Shown in pieces: positions 43,101 through 54,699 of a stretch of 64,000 nucleotides of DNA (its first letter is position 1; the number at the start of each line of letters is the position of its first letter). The notes beneath the pieces were generated by a model, which was not told where the DNA came from, searched no databases, and saw only the letters and a program-made list of their open reading frames with translations. Source of the DNA: Anthoceros angustus (Eukaryota; Plantae; Anthocerotophyta); assembly GCA_010909165.1 (NCBI GenBank), contig MU008176.1:1108856-1172855 (forward strand), given 5' to 3'. The translations under genes were made by a program, and so were the position numbers.

Positions 43101-46100
43101 CGATTTGTGTGGACCCTTATCTCAAGCGTCCATTGGTGGTGGGCGTTATTTCTTAACGTTTACAGATGACAAAAGCAGATTTGTCACCACCTACATCCTG
43201 AAGAACAAGAGCGAATGTTTCTCCTATTTCAAGGAATACATCAAGTTCGCTGAACGTTGGACAGGAAAGCAGCTCAAGACACTAAGATCAGACAATGGCG
43301 GGGAATTCACCTCTAATGAATTCCAGCGATTAGAAGATTGAATGAGCAATACTTGTCATGTCGTGTTCACAAGAGCAGTTGCGAATCATAGATGCATTTG
43401 ACCCTAGAAAGGTACTTGCGCATGGGTCTTGGACCATGATCTGTTCCGTCTCCATTTGCACGATGGAGTAGCGAGTCCCACGACACAAGACGTCTCCCTT
43501 GCATCACAACAAAAGGCTCGGTTGTGGCATGCACTAGGTCATCCTCACATGGCAAAGCTACAAAATTGGCTATGAGACTGTATCAAGATGGACCTATTGG
43601 CCCTTGACTCCTATACCCTTATGTGAGGCTTGTGTTTTGTCGAAGAAACACCGCCTTCAAGAACAAAGCACCTCACTGCCCGTGTACTTGAGCTTGTACA
43701 TCTTGATTTGTGTGGACCCTTATCTCAAGCGTCCATTGGTGGTGGGCGTTATTTCTTAACGTTCTGAGATGACAAAAGCGGATTTGTCACCACCTACATC
43801 CTGAAGAACAAAATGAATGTTTCTCCTATTTCAAGGAATACATCAAGTTCATTTGAGCGTTGGGCGGAAAGCGGCTCAAGACACTAAGATCGAGACAATG
43901 GCGAATTCACCTCTAATGAATTCCAGCGATTCTGTAAAGATGAAGGCATTGGGCGTCAACTCACGGTGGTATACACTCCCAGAATGGAGTGGCGAGGCGT
44001 TTGAATCTCACCGCAGGAGATGGTCTCCTCATTCTTTGCATGATGCTCAAGCGCCTTACCTTCGGGCGAGGCTTTGATGACCTCAACCTTTCTTCGGAAC
44101 AGGTTACCCACCACAGCAGTCGAAGGCAAAACTCCTTATGAAGCTTTCACAGGCAGAAAGCCATCCATCCAGCACTTGAGGACGTTTGGCTGCCTTGCAT
44201 ATGCCTTCATACCTGGACAGAAGCGAACCAAGCTTTCAGCTAAGGCCCGCAGGCTGCTCATGTTGGGATACACGGAAGGGATAAAAGCATATAAACTATA
44301 TGATGTTCCTTCTAACAAGGTCATTTATGCTCGAGTGTTACCTTCGATGAAACAAAGACTTGGGCTTCGGTGGGAGCACATGTTCATGCTCCCGAATGAC
44401 GAGGATAGTCTTGAGCTTTCTCATTATGATCGCGGATCATGGTACTCGAGCTCTGTTGATGAAAATGTTCTGCAGGAGGGAAAATCGGCGGTGTTTGAAG
44501 AAGAACGAACGAAATTCCACTTGACATACCAGCGCCAGTGTGATCACATTCCTCAACGGATCAAGCACTTGCGATGCAACGGTGACGATGAAGCGATCGA
44601 GTCAGGGCGAGGAAGATTATGTTTGAACGAACTTGAACAAGAACTGAGCGAGCTTGCTCGGCGTTACCCTACTAAGAACGTCGACCTCCGATTATTATCG
44701 TGCCCCGATTATCGTATTTCCTCTTCACATGTGAAAGCATATCGCTACTAACCTCGACCTAGAACCACGGTCTTATGCGAGGCTTTGAGCGGACACGATC
44801 ACAAGGAGTGGGAGAAAGCTATAAAATCGAATATGACTCATTGATTGAGAACGGCACATGGGAGTTGTCAAAATTACCTCTGGCGAAAAATGGTGTCTTG
44901 TAAGTGGGTCTTCAAATTGAAAGTCAAGGCTGATGGTACCTTGATAGGTACAAGGCAAGACTAGTGGCTCGTGGATTTTCACAAGTTCCGGTGTGGACTA
45001 TTTGGAGACATTCGCTCCGGTTGTGAAGCGCCAACCATACGAGCATTATGTGCAATATCGCCTACAAGGACTATGAAGCGCAAATGTTTGATGTCAAACA
45101 GATTCTTGAATGGCAAGCTTGACATGAAATATATGCATGACCTCAACCTTTCTTGAGCAGTTACCCACCACACAGATGAAGGCAAAACTCCTTATGAAGC
45201 TTTCACAGTGACCATCCATCCAAAGACTTGAGGACGTTTGGGCCTTGCATATGCCTTCATACACAGGCGAGCGAACCAAGCTTTTAGCTAAGGCCCGAGC
45301 TGCTCATGTTGGGATACGGAAGGATAAAAGCATATAAACTATATGATGTTCCTTCTAACAAGGTCATTTATGCTCAGTGTTACCTTGATGAAACAAAGAC
45401 TTGGGCTTTGGGAGCACATGTTCATGCTCGATGATGGCGAGGATAGTCTTGAGCTTTCTCATTATGATCCGGCGGATCATGGTACTCGAGCTCTGATGAA
45501 AATGTTCTGCAGGAGGGAAAATCGGCGGTGTTTGAAGAAGAACGAACACGAAATTCCACTTGACATGCCGCCGGATGTAGGATCACATTCCTCAACGGAT
45601 CAAGCACTTGCGATGCAACGTGATGGTCGATGAAAATGCAGCGAGGAAGAAGATTATGTTTGAACGAACTTGAACAAGAACAGGCGAGCTTGCTCGGCGT
45701 TACCCTACTCGAAACGTCGACCTCCCATTATTATCGTGCCCCGATTATCGTATTTCCTCTTCACATGTGAAAGCATATCGCTACTAACCTAACCACAGAA
45801 CCACGGTCTTATGCGAGGCTTTGAACGATCACAAGGAGTGGAGAAAGCTATAAAATCGAATATGACTCATTGATTGAGAGCGGCACATGGAGTTGTCAAA
45901 ATTACCTCTGGCGGAAAAATGGTGTCTTGTAAGTGGGTCTTCAAATTGAAAGTCAAGGCTGATGGTACCTTGATAGGTACAAGGCAAGACTAGTGGCTCG
46001 TGGATTTTCACAAGTTCAGGCGTGGACTATTTGGAGACATTCGCTCCGGTTGTGAAGCGCCAACCATACTGAGCATTATGTGCAATATCGACCTACAAGG

Positions 46101-47417
46101 ACTATGAACTGCAAATGTTCGATGTCAAAACAGCATTCTTGAATGGCAAGCTTGATGAAATATATGCACCTCCGGTTATGTAGTCAAAGGAAAGGAGGAT
46201 TATGTATGTAAACTTATCAAGACTTTGCGGTTGAAGCGATGCAATGGCTTGGAGCAGAACTTGATGCTGAGCTTTTAGTATTAGGTTTCACCAAAAGCCG
46301 AGCGGATGGTAGCACTACATCTACAAGAAAGGTGACATCGTCTGTTACCTAGCGATCTATGTAGATGACTGATCTTGTCAAATACGATGCGAGTTTTATC
46401 AAAAGATTCTTGACACCTTGCAACTAAGTTTAAGATGTCCACCTTGGTGATCTTGAGTTGTCTTGGTATACATGTTCAGAGAACGCAGGTTATCACACTC
46501 TCACAACCAAGATACATACTGAAAGTGCGAGCACTAGGTTTGAAGGATGCAAAGCCGCTACACCCTACCAAGTGGAATCAAGCTAAGTTGAAATGTCCCC
46601 ACAAACAGTAGAGAAGGAAAGGATGTTAGCCGTACCTTATAGGCATGTTGGAAAGCTCATATATGCAAACACTACTCGCATGGAAGTTGCCTTTGCTACT
46701 AGCGCTCTCTCACAGTTCACAGAACCCAGGCCAAAACCTTGGACAAGCATTAAAAGAGTCTTTAGATACTTGAAGGGGACACCACATCGAGGGATAAAAT
46801 ATTGCCACACACCTGGACAGCAACTTGAACTTGAGGTCTTCACCGATTCTGACTATGCTGGAAACGTGGACAACAGGAGATCTGTTTCTAGTTACGTTGT
46901 GAGCATAGCAGGTGGACCGATTTGCTGGATGAGCAAGAAACAGCCTACAGTTGCTCTCTCGAGCGTTGAGGCTGAATATAGAGTCCTTACAGCGGCTTGC
47001 AAAGAGATCATTTGGTGCAAACTACTCCTTAGCGAAATGGGTATACCATTACCTACATGTACGCTCATAAGGACCGACAGCCAGGGCTCCATGTCACTTG
47101 CTCAGAACCCGGTATTTCATGCAAGGACAAAGCATATCGAGGTTGAGTATCATTTTATCAGAGACCTAATCAAGGCAGGTAAAATCAACCTCGAGTATGT
47201 GGCAACGCAAGACAATCCAGCAGACATATTGACTAAGGCTCTAGGAAAAGAGCTTCACGAGAAACATGTTAAAAGTCTTGGCCTTGGAGACTCCTCGGAG
47301 TTCCTTGGCAGATGCGACAAAGTAAAATCCATGCTGCGAACTCTAACTACAGCCAAGGAAGAGTGTTCATCATCTGTAGTCATTAAAAGAGTCTCATCAC
47401 GAGACACGAGAGTATGA
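40111..47417 (+). pseudogene. Copia gag-pol polyprotein, fragmented; segments duplicated at ~40040-41530/41531-42950, ~42730-43330/43340-43950 and ~44075-45050/45140-46000
   Basis: NLRMKDGDSVEKHV (gag); CNWCKLPGHWEKEC (zinc knuckle); WHARLGHP and CEACV (pre-integrase); DLCGP...FTDDKSRF...LRSDNGGEF (integrase); CKWVFKLK and FDVKTAFLNG (RT); TDSDYAG, VALSSVEAEY, NPVFHARTKHIEVEYHFIRD, NPADILTKAL (RNase H). Confidence 0.95.
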
Positions 47418-47844
47418 GTCCCCACAGACTCGACTCACCGCATCGCAGGCTTTGACTCTCATCTTCCTCCTCTTGGAAGGATCGGGGCTCAAGGAACGGT
47501 GGGTCTTCTCCACGCCTTCTTGCCTTGCACGAGATTGTCTTGGTGGAGGTCGACTCTTCTTCGATGCGTATGTTAGATCCTGCACAAGCAGTGGGAGCTA
47601 GGTTAGCTCTCACACACACACACAACAAAAAATGCGCACAGAATGGAATTTGGGACTTACTATACGTGCTAACAACATGGTGAGGATCGCCCGGAATCTT
47701 CAACTTTGATACGGCGCATCACGGTTTAGTCGCCACATGAACCCTATACCACATAGGGGTGCGAGGGTGCTTCATGGTGCCGTAGGAGACAATTTGGGTT
47801 TCCTTGAGCAGTCAGGCTTGGGAAAGCTTGGGTCCTCACAAGGG

Positions 47845-48375
47845 TTAGCTTCTCGAAAAGCCAAAATCGGGTGAACATGTGCGGGATTTGCTTTTACTCT
47901 TGTTGCCGCTCTTGGCCCGAGGAGTGACACGCGAAGAAGGGCCGCCCATGTCTTCTTGTTTAGCTGCAGCTTCTCTGCGTCGTCGCTGCAGAAACTCCTT
48001 GGTGGTTCCTTTGGGGCGCCCACGTTCTCTCTTCACGCCCCCTTTAACCGCTGCAGGAAGTTCAGAAGTCTCCTCTTTAGTGATTTGCTCTAACAAGCGG
48101 CCTAGAGCATTTCTGGGCTGCTGCGGTTTCTTGGGCAAGGTACCCTCAGACTCTGAAGACAGTGACGCCATCTCGATATGGCTCGGGTGAAAACCTTCTC
48201 TCAAGGCGATCGATGCATATGAGGCAAGAGCGTAAGGAGAATTATAAAGGGAGCCAACGTACTCGGTGGCTTCACACAACAGACATTCCATAGTGTCCGT
48301 AAAGACATGAAGATGGGGCGTAAGCTCTACCACCACAATATGGCAAAACCGGAAGATTGAAAAACCCGAGCTCAA
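47845..48375 (-). CDS. Antisense ORF in the Copia 3' region; basic protein with an AT-hook-like RGRP core (hypothetical)
   Basis: 176 aa open frame containing KRERGRPKGTTKEFLQRRRREAAAK between pol and the PPT; further minus-strand open frames continue to ~47383. Confidence 0.4.
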   Translation of the reverse strand: MSSGFSIFRFCHIVVVELTPHLHVFTDTMECLLCEATEYVGSLYNSPYALASYASIALREGFHPSHIEMASLSSESEGTLPKKPQQPRNALGRLLEQITKEETSELPAAVKGGVKRERGRPKGTTKEFLQRRRREAAAKQEDMGGPSSRVTPRAKSGNKSKSKSRTCSPDFGFSRS

Positions 48376-48817
48376 CTCCAGATCTCACGAGCGGTTCACG
48401 GTGAAGGGGAATGCCTAACTATTTACAACAAGTGGGAGTAATGATATACAATGTTGATATCATAGTTAGGGTTTAGGGGTTTAAGTTATCCATATATTAC
48501 CAAGATATGATAAGCTAGGGTTTACTAGATATGGTGTCGTTTCATTAGGGTTACGTCTCTAAGTGAATAGATACAACGTTTCATTAAATTTAGTTTTAGT
48601 TGTCTTTTCATGCATAAGCAACTTACTTCTTTCTTGATCCAACAATGTAATTATTCTATAATGTTTAATTGATCTACATTAGTCCGTAAAGACATGAAGA
48701 TGGGGCGTAAAGCTCTACCACCACAATATGGCAAAACCAAGATTGAAAAACCCGAGCTCAACTCAGCCTCACGGCAGTTCATACCGAAGGGACCTAACTA
48801 TTTACAACAAGTGGGAG

Positions 48818-49076
48818 TAATGATATACAATGTTGATATCATAGTTAGGGTTTAGGGGTTTAAGTTATCCATATATTACCAAGATATGATAAGCTAGGGT
48901 TTACTAGATATGGTGTCGTTTCATTAGGGTTACGTCTCTAAGTGAATAGATACAACGTTTCATTAAATTTAGTTTTAGTTGTCTTTTCATGCATAAGCAA
49001 CTTACTTCTTTCTTGATCCAACAATGTAATTATTCTATAATGTTTAATTGATCTACATTAGTCCATAAAATCTTCA
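48818..49076 (+). repeat. Copia 3' LTR (truncated duplicate at 48439-48685, PPT at 48809-48817)
   Basis: AAGTGGGAG|TAATGATATAC ... AAAATCTTCA|GCGAG. Confidence 0.92.
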
Positions 49077-49609
49077 GCGAGTCACTCCCAGTCCAGGCCG
49101 AACATACAGCGGGAGTAAAGTTCTTACTCAGTGGAAGATCTACCAAGAGGCTCTTGAGTTGCGGTCGGTAGCAATTCAGACGATCAGCGGGTTGGAGGCG
49201 GTAGCAGCCCGACGGTGGCGGTGAACAGCGAGAAAAGGAAGGAGAGGCACAACAACAGCAAGGAAGGAGCGCATGCAAGCAGATATAGTGAAATCATCCT
49301 TGGCGTTGGAGAGGAAATGGTCATCCTCGGCCGGAGGGTTTTAGACGGAAAGGCGAACGGCGGCGGGTTAGAAACTATGACGTGGCGGGCAGCCTTTGCA
49401 TGTCTCGTGAAATTTCTTCCTTGGCCTTTGGCAACTTGGTGAACAGCGGAGAATTTTGTCCTTGGCCTTCGGTGGTTGGGGAATTTCTAACGTTTGTTGA
49501 AGGAGAAAAGGCCCTTGGCCTCTGGACAGGGGAAATTTTCGTCCTCGGCTTTTGGACAGTGGCGATTTTCGTCCTTAGCCTTTGGGGTGTGGAAAATTCC
49601 TTCTCCCCC

Positions 49610-49616
49610 TATATAT
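49610..49616 (+). promoter_or_regulatory. Candidate TATA box upstream of the LTR-borne ORF
   Basis: CTATATATGT ~135 bp before ATG 49749; the same motif sits at 58511-58520 in the related element, after similar CCTTGGCC repeats. Confidence 0.4.
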
Positions 49617-49748
49617 GTAAGTAGCAGGGGAGCGTTTAGCTCATTTAGTTAGTCGGGGAGGGGCCGGGCGGCAGGCATACATGCGGGGGCAGACTGAAGA
49701 AACACTTAGAAGAATTTTTAGGAAGTGGTCAGTGAGCGGAAGTCGGAG

Positions 49749-52700
49749 ATGAAGACGCGCAACAGTCCTGGAGGAGTGCGCAAGGCATCCAGCCGTGAGG
49801 AGGAGGCGAGTGCATCGGCCAAAGAAGAAAGAAAAGCGGCGAAGGAGGGGCCGGGATTTTGTGTTTTGATGCAAGTCTCCTCCAAAGACTTATGGGATTT
49901 TCGACAGTGGGCTGCTGACGACAATGTGCAGCTCCAGTGGGTTTACGATAGGCATTGGGCCTATTCTAATGTGGAATTGGTTGAGTCTTTTCTGAGCTCA
50001 GGCCCGGCGGAGGGCAGAGGACATGGAGGAAGGCGTGCGGGCCGGATCGAAGGGATGGGTATCCGGCACATTCGTAAGTATAGGAGGCCCAAAGGAGAGT
50101 GATGGTGTGGCTCCCAGCAGGAGGAATGAAGATGGAAAAAGAGCGTTGGTGGGCCTTCACGAGGAAGCTCTCGGCATGCTCATCGGAGGGTAGCGAAGGC
50201 GAAATGGCTGGAGGACAGATAAGATTGCTGACCTCAAGTGGAAGCTTTTTACAAGGATAGTTTTGGGGCTGACTGTCAGCGAACCACCTACTTGCATTCT
50301 TTCATTTCATGTGGAAGCTGAAGCAAGGAGCTCGGCTGTTGGAGGCCATCTTTGCGGCCTATGAGCATCACCAAGACAAGCTGCTGAGGCCAAACATTGT
50401 GGACAATGAGGGGGCAGCCTGCCATTTACACTTCTTGTGCGGTTGTGGGGGCACATGGGTTCTTGTGGAAGAAGAGGCTGGAGGAGTCTTACCAGCCGTT
50501 TGAAGTGGTCCCTCAGGGGATGATGCAGTCCCTCTCCCAAGAAGGTGAAGAAGGCGGAGGAGGAACCCAAGGTGGAGCAAGGAGTGCTTCACCTGTGGTG
50601 ATCTTGGATGATGAGACCACCCCTGCCCCGACGCCAAGGAAGAGGTGCCGTCTGTGGGGAGACAAGGCACAAGAGGAAGAGGTGGCAATGCACCATGTGT
50701 GAGGCAACCCCATGGGCGGGGTGGTGGAACTAACCCACCCTGTGAGATGACCGAGTCACAGGAGTTCCACCCAACATCGGCGGTCGGGAGTGGAGGCGCT
50801 CACCAAGAGAAAGGAGGACCCTGTGAGGGGAATGAGAAGACAAAGGCTTTGAAGGATCCGACCATCCGCCTAATTGACACTCCATTAGTGAAGGCCCAGG
50901 TGAAGTAGAGGAGTTGGAGGTGAGAGCCGCCGTGACAGCCGGCGATTGCCCCACGTGGGGAGAAGGATAGCAAGGCTATCAAGGAGATGGCGTTGGCAAA
51001 GGCGCCTAGTTGACCCGAGAGAAGGTTGGGGCTCGGCAAGATTGAAGAATGAGGCGAGACAAGAAAGTAGGGGAGCGAATGAAGGAAGTGGCTACCTCAA
51101 TAAGAAAATTGAGGAGACTCCATGTGGGAAGGAGTGGCAAGAAGAACTCTCAGCCCTTCAGCCGAGAAGGAATAGGGGACGTAAGACCGCCCTGGAGGCC
51201 GAGGCCAAGCCAAGAATGAAGAATCGAGGCCAAGCTCAAGGAGCCGGAGGAAGGACAGCCACATGGAGCAAGGAGCGTGAGGAGCTCATGAAGCAAGCAA
51301 CGGAGGTCGACCAACGGAAGGAAGAGGTAGCCCACCGGAGGAAAATGATGCATCGATGTCGGGTCGTCAGAAGCAACGCCCAGCCGATTATGCATGGCGC
51401 AAGGGATACCGGAGGCATGGAAGAGAGATGCACGAATGTCACTTACGCCTGCTTGAGTGAGGTGACGCTTGAGAGGGATGCTGCAGTAAGATAGCCTGTG
51501 GAGAGTGGCCCGAGGAATTTGATGAGATTTGTTTGAAGGGCCGTGAGATGCAGTCCACTTACATGCTAGGGTCAACAAGTTTGCCAAGGAGATGCCTTGT
51601 TGACAAGGAAGTTGTTGGGTCCCCACGATGACGAAGGGAGATTTTGAAGAATCAGACCTCCGGAGATTCTGTGACTTGAGAGTGAAATGGATGCGTAAGG
51701 CTCAATGTGGGAGGAGCCAATGGAAGAGGAAGAGATTTCCAGCAGCCTAGTTGACTGGAGAGAAGGTTGGGGCTCGGCAAGATTGAAGAACAAAGGTGAG
51801 ACAAGAAAGTAGGGGCGAATGAAGGAAGTGGCTACCTCAACGAGATTGAGAGGCATCCGATGTGGGAAGGAGTGGCGGCAACTCTGACCGTTTGAGTGAG
51901 AAGAGAATAGAGACAGTTGAAGGCATCACAGGCGGGTGCCCAAGCCAAGAATGAAGGGAGGCCAAGCTCAAGGAGCTGGAGGAAGGACAGCCACATGGAG
52001 CAAGGGCGTGAGGAGCTCATGAAGCAAGCAACGGAGGTGACCAGCGGTGGAAGGAAGAGGTAGCCAGGAGAAAATGATGCATCGCATCTTTGGTCAGGAA
52101 ACAGCGCTTCGGTGCTGCATGGGCGGCAAGGGATCTTGGAGGCATGGAAGAGATGCACGAATGTCACTCTGACCGTTTGAGTGAGGTGACACTTGAGAGG
52201 ATGCTGCAGTAAGATAGCCTCGGGAGAGTGGCACGAGGAATTTGATGAGATTTGTTTGAAGGGCCGGAGATGCGGGTCCACTTACATGCTAGGGTCAACA
52301 AGTTTGCCAAGGAGATCGTTCCTTGTTGACAAGGAAGTTGTTGGGTCCCCATGATGACGAAGGGAGATTTTGAAGAATCAGACCTCCGGAGATTCTGTGA
52401 CTTGAGAGTGAAATGGATGCGTAAGGCTCAATGTGGGAGGAGCCAATGGAAGAGGAAGAGATTTCCAGCAGCCTAGTTGACTGGAGAGAAGGTTGGGGCT
52501 CGGCAAGATTGAAGAACAAAGGTGAGACAAGAAAGTAGGGGAGCGAATGAAGGAAGTGGCTACCTCAACGAGATTGAGAGGCATCCGATGTGGGAAGGAG
52601 TGGCGGCAACTCTGACCCTTGGTGAGAAGAGAATAGAGACAGTTGAAGGCATCACAGGCGGGTGCCCAAGCCAAGAATGAAGGGAGGCCAAGCTCAAGGA

Positions 52701-53400
52701 GCTGGAGGAAGGACAGCCACATGGAGCAAGGCGTGAGGAGCTCATGAAGCAAGCAACGGAGGTGACCAGCGGTGGAAGGAAGAGGTAGCCCACGGAGAAA
52801 ATGATGCATCGCATCTTTGGTCAGGAAACAGCGCTTCGGTGCTGCATGGGCGGCAAGGGATCTTGGAGGCATGGAAGAGATGCATGAAATGTCACTCTGA
52901 CCGTTTGAGTGAGGTGACACTTGAGAGGATGCTGCAGTAAGATAGCCTCGGGAGAGTGGCACGAGGAATTTGATGAGATTTGTTTGAAGGGCCGGAGATG
53001 CGGGTCCACTTACATGCTAGGGTCAACAAGTTTGCCAAGGAGATCGTTCCTTGTTGACAAGGAAGTTGTTGGGTCCCCATGATGGCAGGGATTTTGGAAG
53101 AATTGCGACCCTCGGACGGAGATTCGAGGACTTGGAGAGTGAAATGGATGCGAAGGCTCGTGTGGGAGGAGCCAATGGAGAGAAGAGATTTCCAGCCGGT
53201 AGAGTTGGTGGGGTGTCTCACAGACAGAGCGCACAACACCCAACCGCCTGAGGTAATTGCAGCGGCGGGCAGATACAGAGGCTGCCTCTACAAGAGCGCC
53301 TGCAAGAGGGGCGGCGCTCCTATCAACCAAGATCGCCGAGACAGTGTGGAGGTCCGCGACGACGAGTGAAGAGATCCTGACGGGACACCCCAAGCCAAGA
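49749..53400 (+). pseudogene. LTR-borne ORF (conserved domain plus coiled coil), frameshifted; end approximate
   Basis: LWDFRQWAADDNVQLQWVYDRHWAYSNVELVESFL and KQGARLLEAIFAAYEHHQDKLLRP match 62188-63400; KEREELMKQ...HRRKMMHRCRVVR and GPHDDEG match 56529-57236. Confidence 0.75.
51005..53190. repeat. Tandem triplication, ~735 bp unit, in the coiled-coil coding region
   Basis: CTAGTTGAC..GAGAAGGTTGGGGCTCGGCAAGATTGAAGAA at ~51007, ~51745 and ~52472. Confidence 0.9.
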
Positions 53401-53605
53401 GGAGGAAGATGGTTGGGCCATGCCAACGCCCAAGAAGAAGTAGGCGGATAGTTGGTAGGGGAGTGAATGGTCATTAAGACCCCTAGGGGTTAGTGGGATT
53501 GTTAGGAGGTAGGTTAAGAACCTTTTAAGAGGCCACCTACTTAAAACCGTAAGCAACCCCACCTACCCCACCGACTTAATTAATGCTAGGGGTTTGGGGA
53601 GCTCC

Positions 53606-53634
53606 TATAAGAGGGGAGGAGCTCCCATAATAAA
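53606..53634 (+). promoter_or_regulatory. LTR TATA box and polyadenylation signal
   Basis: TATAAGAGGGGAGGAGCTCCCATAATAAA. Confidence 0.7.
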
Positions 53635-53999
53635 ATGTCATGCCTTGCTCTCCGACTGTGTGCTTGTTTGCTACACAAGCGCAAGCGGCCGACCGTGTGA
53701 GGGTGCATGGTGTCCGTAGGGTCTTGAGGTGCGGTGACGGGGTGAGGGCGGGGCCCAAACCTTTCTTCTGGAGGTAGCGGTGGGTAGCGTTCGGCGGTGA
53801 GGCGGCATTGTGGTTGCAAAGGACGCGGCTGCATCGGTGAAGGAAGACCCTAGCAAAATCAAAGACGCGGACGCCGCAGTGTCCTGCCTAGGTCCGTGAG
53901 GGCAATGCCCTATGATCTCGAGGCGATTCTTTGGGGAGGCCGGGAGGCTGTGAGGGCGCCTGTGGGATAGTTAGCTAGGAAGAGTGGAAGAGGTAGATT

Positions 54000-54183
54000 A
54001 GAGAAGAGAGAGAGAAAGAGAGAAAAGAGAGAAAAGAGAGAAGAGAGAGAGAGAGCGAGAGAGGACGAGAGAGGAGCTAGAGAGGATAGGGAGCAAGAGA
54101 GGAGAAGGAAGGAGCAAGAGAGAAAAGAGAAAAGACAAAAGAGAAGAGAGGAGGAAGAAAAAAACCTAGAAAAGAGAGGGAAG
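54000..54183. repeat. GA-rich polypurine low-complexity tract near the LTR 3' end
   Basis: Almost pure A/G run (AGAGAAGAGAGAGAGAAAG...). Confidence 0.9.
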
Positions 54184-54699
54184 GTGAAATTTCAAGGGTG
54201 TGACAAGAGCTTGAGGGGCGGCCCCAAATTTGTCACGAGAAGGGTCTTAGGAGTGTAGGCTGTGGTGGGAGGATTGCCTTTGTCACGGTGATTTGGGGTC
54301 CCCAAGGTCATGCTGAGATGCGGTGCCTCATGACGTGGTCATGGCAGCAGTCATCGCGTGGGGTAGTGTGACTTACCTAGGGTGGGTCACCGGGCGGCGG
54401 TAGTAGGAGGCGGTTAGTCGGTCGGGCGCTGCGGGAGGTCGATAAGTCGGAGAGGTCGGTCGGGAGGCACACCCTCCATCCAGTGCGGAAGGGCTCCCCA
54501 CTCCTTCGTGGAGCAAAACCCTCTTGTCTGTGACACCGGCGATTGGGATAAGTGTGGCCGCTACTGGGCTGAGGGTTCGGGGTCAGGAACCTCCCACCAC
54601 ACCGCACATGCAATCGAGATTGCAGCCCAACGAGCTTCACTGTCATCATTCGCTCCTTGGTACCTCCTTCTCTATGTTTGACCATGTCTTCTTCTTGCC

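Larger units (their letters stand above)
37890..49076 (+). mobile_element. Full-length Ty1/Copia LTR retrotransposon with several internal tandem duplications
   Basis: Near-identical ~259 bp LTRs; PBS TGGTATCGAGC at 38961; PPT AAGTGGGAG; TSD GC(C/G)AG; gag-PR-IN-RT-RH order. Confidence 0.95.
49401..54205 (+). mobile_element. Large Gypsy-type LTR (about 3.4 kb without the internal triplication) carrying an internal ORF
   Basis: Starts TGTCTCGTGAAATTTC and ends GAAATTTCAAGGGTGTGACA; TATAAGAGGG at 53606 and AATAAA at 53629; no terminal direct repeats; no TSD detected. Confidence 0.7.
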
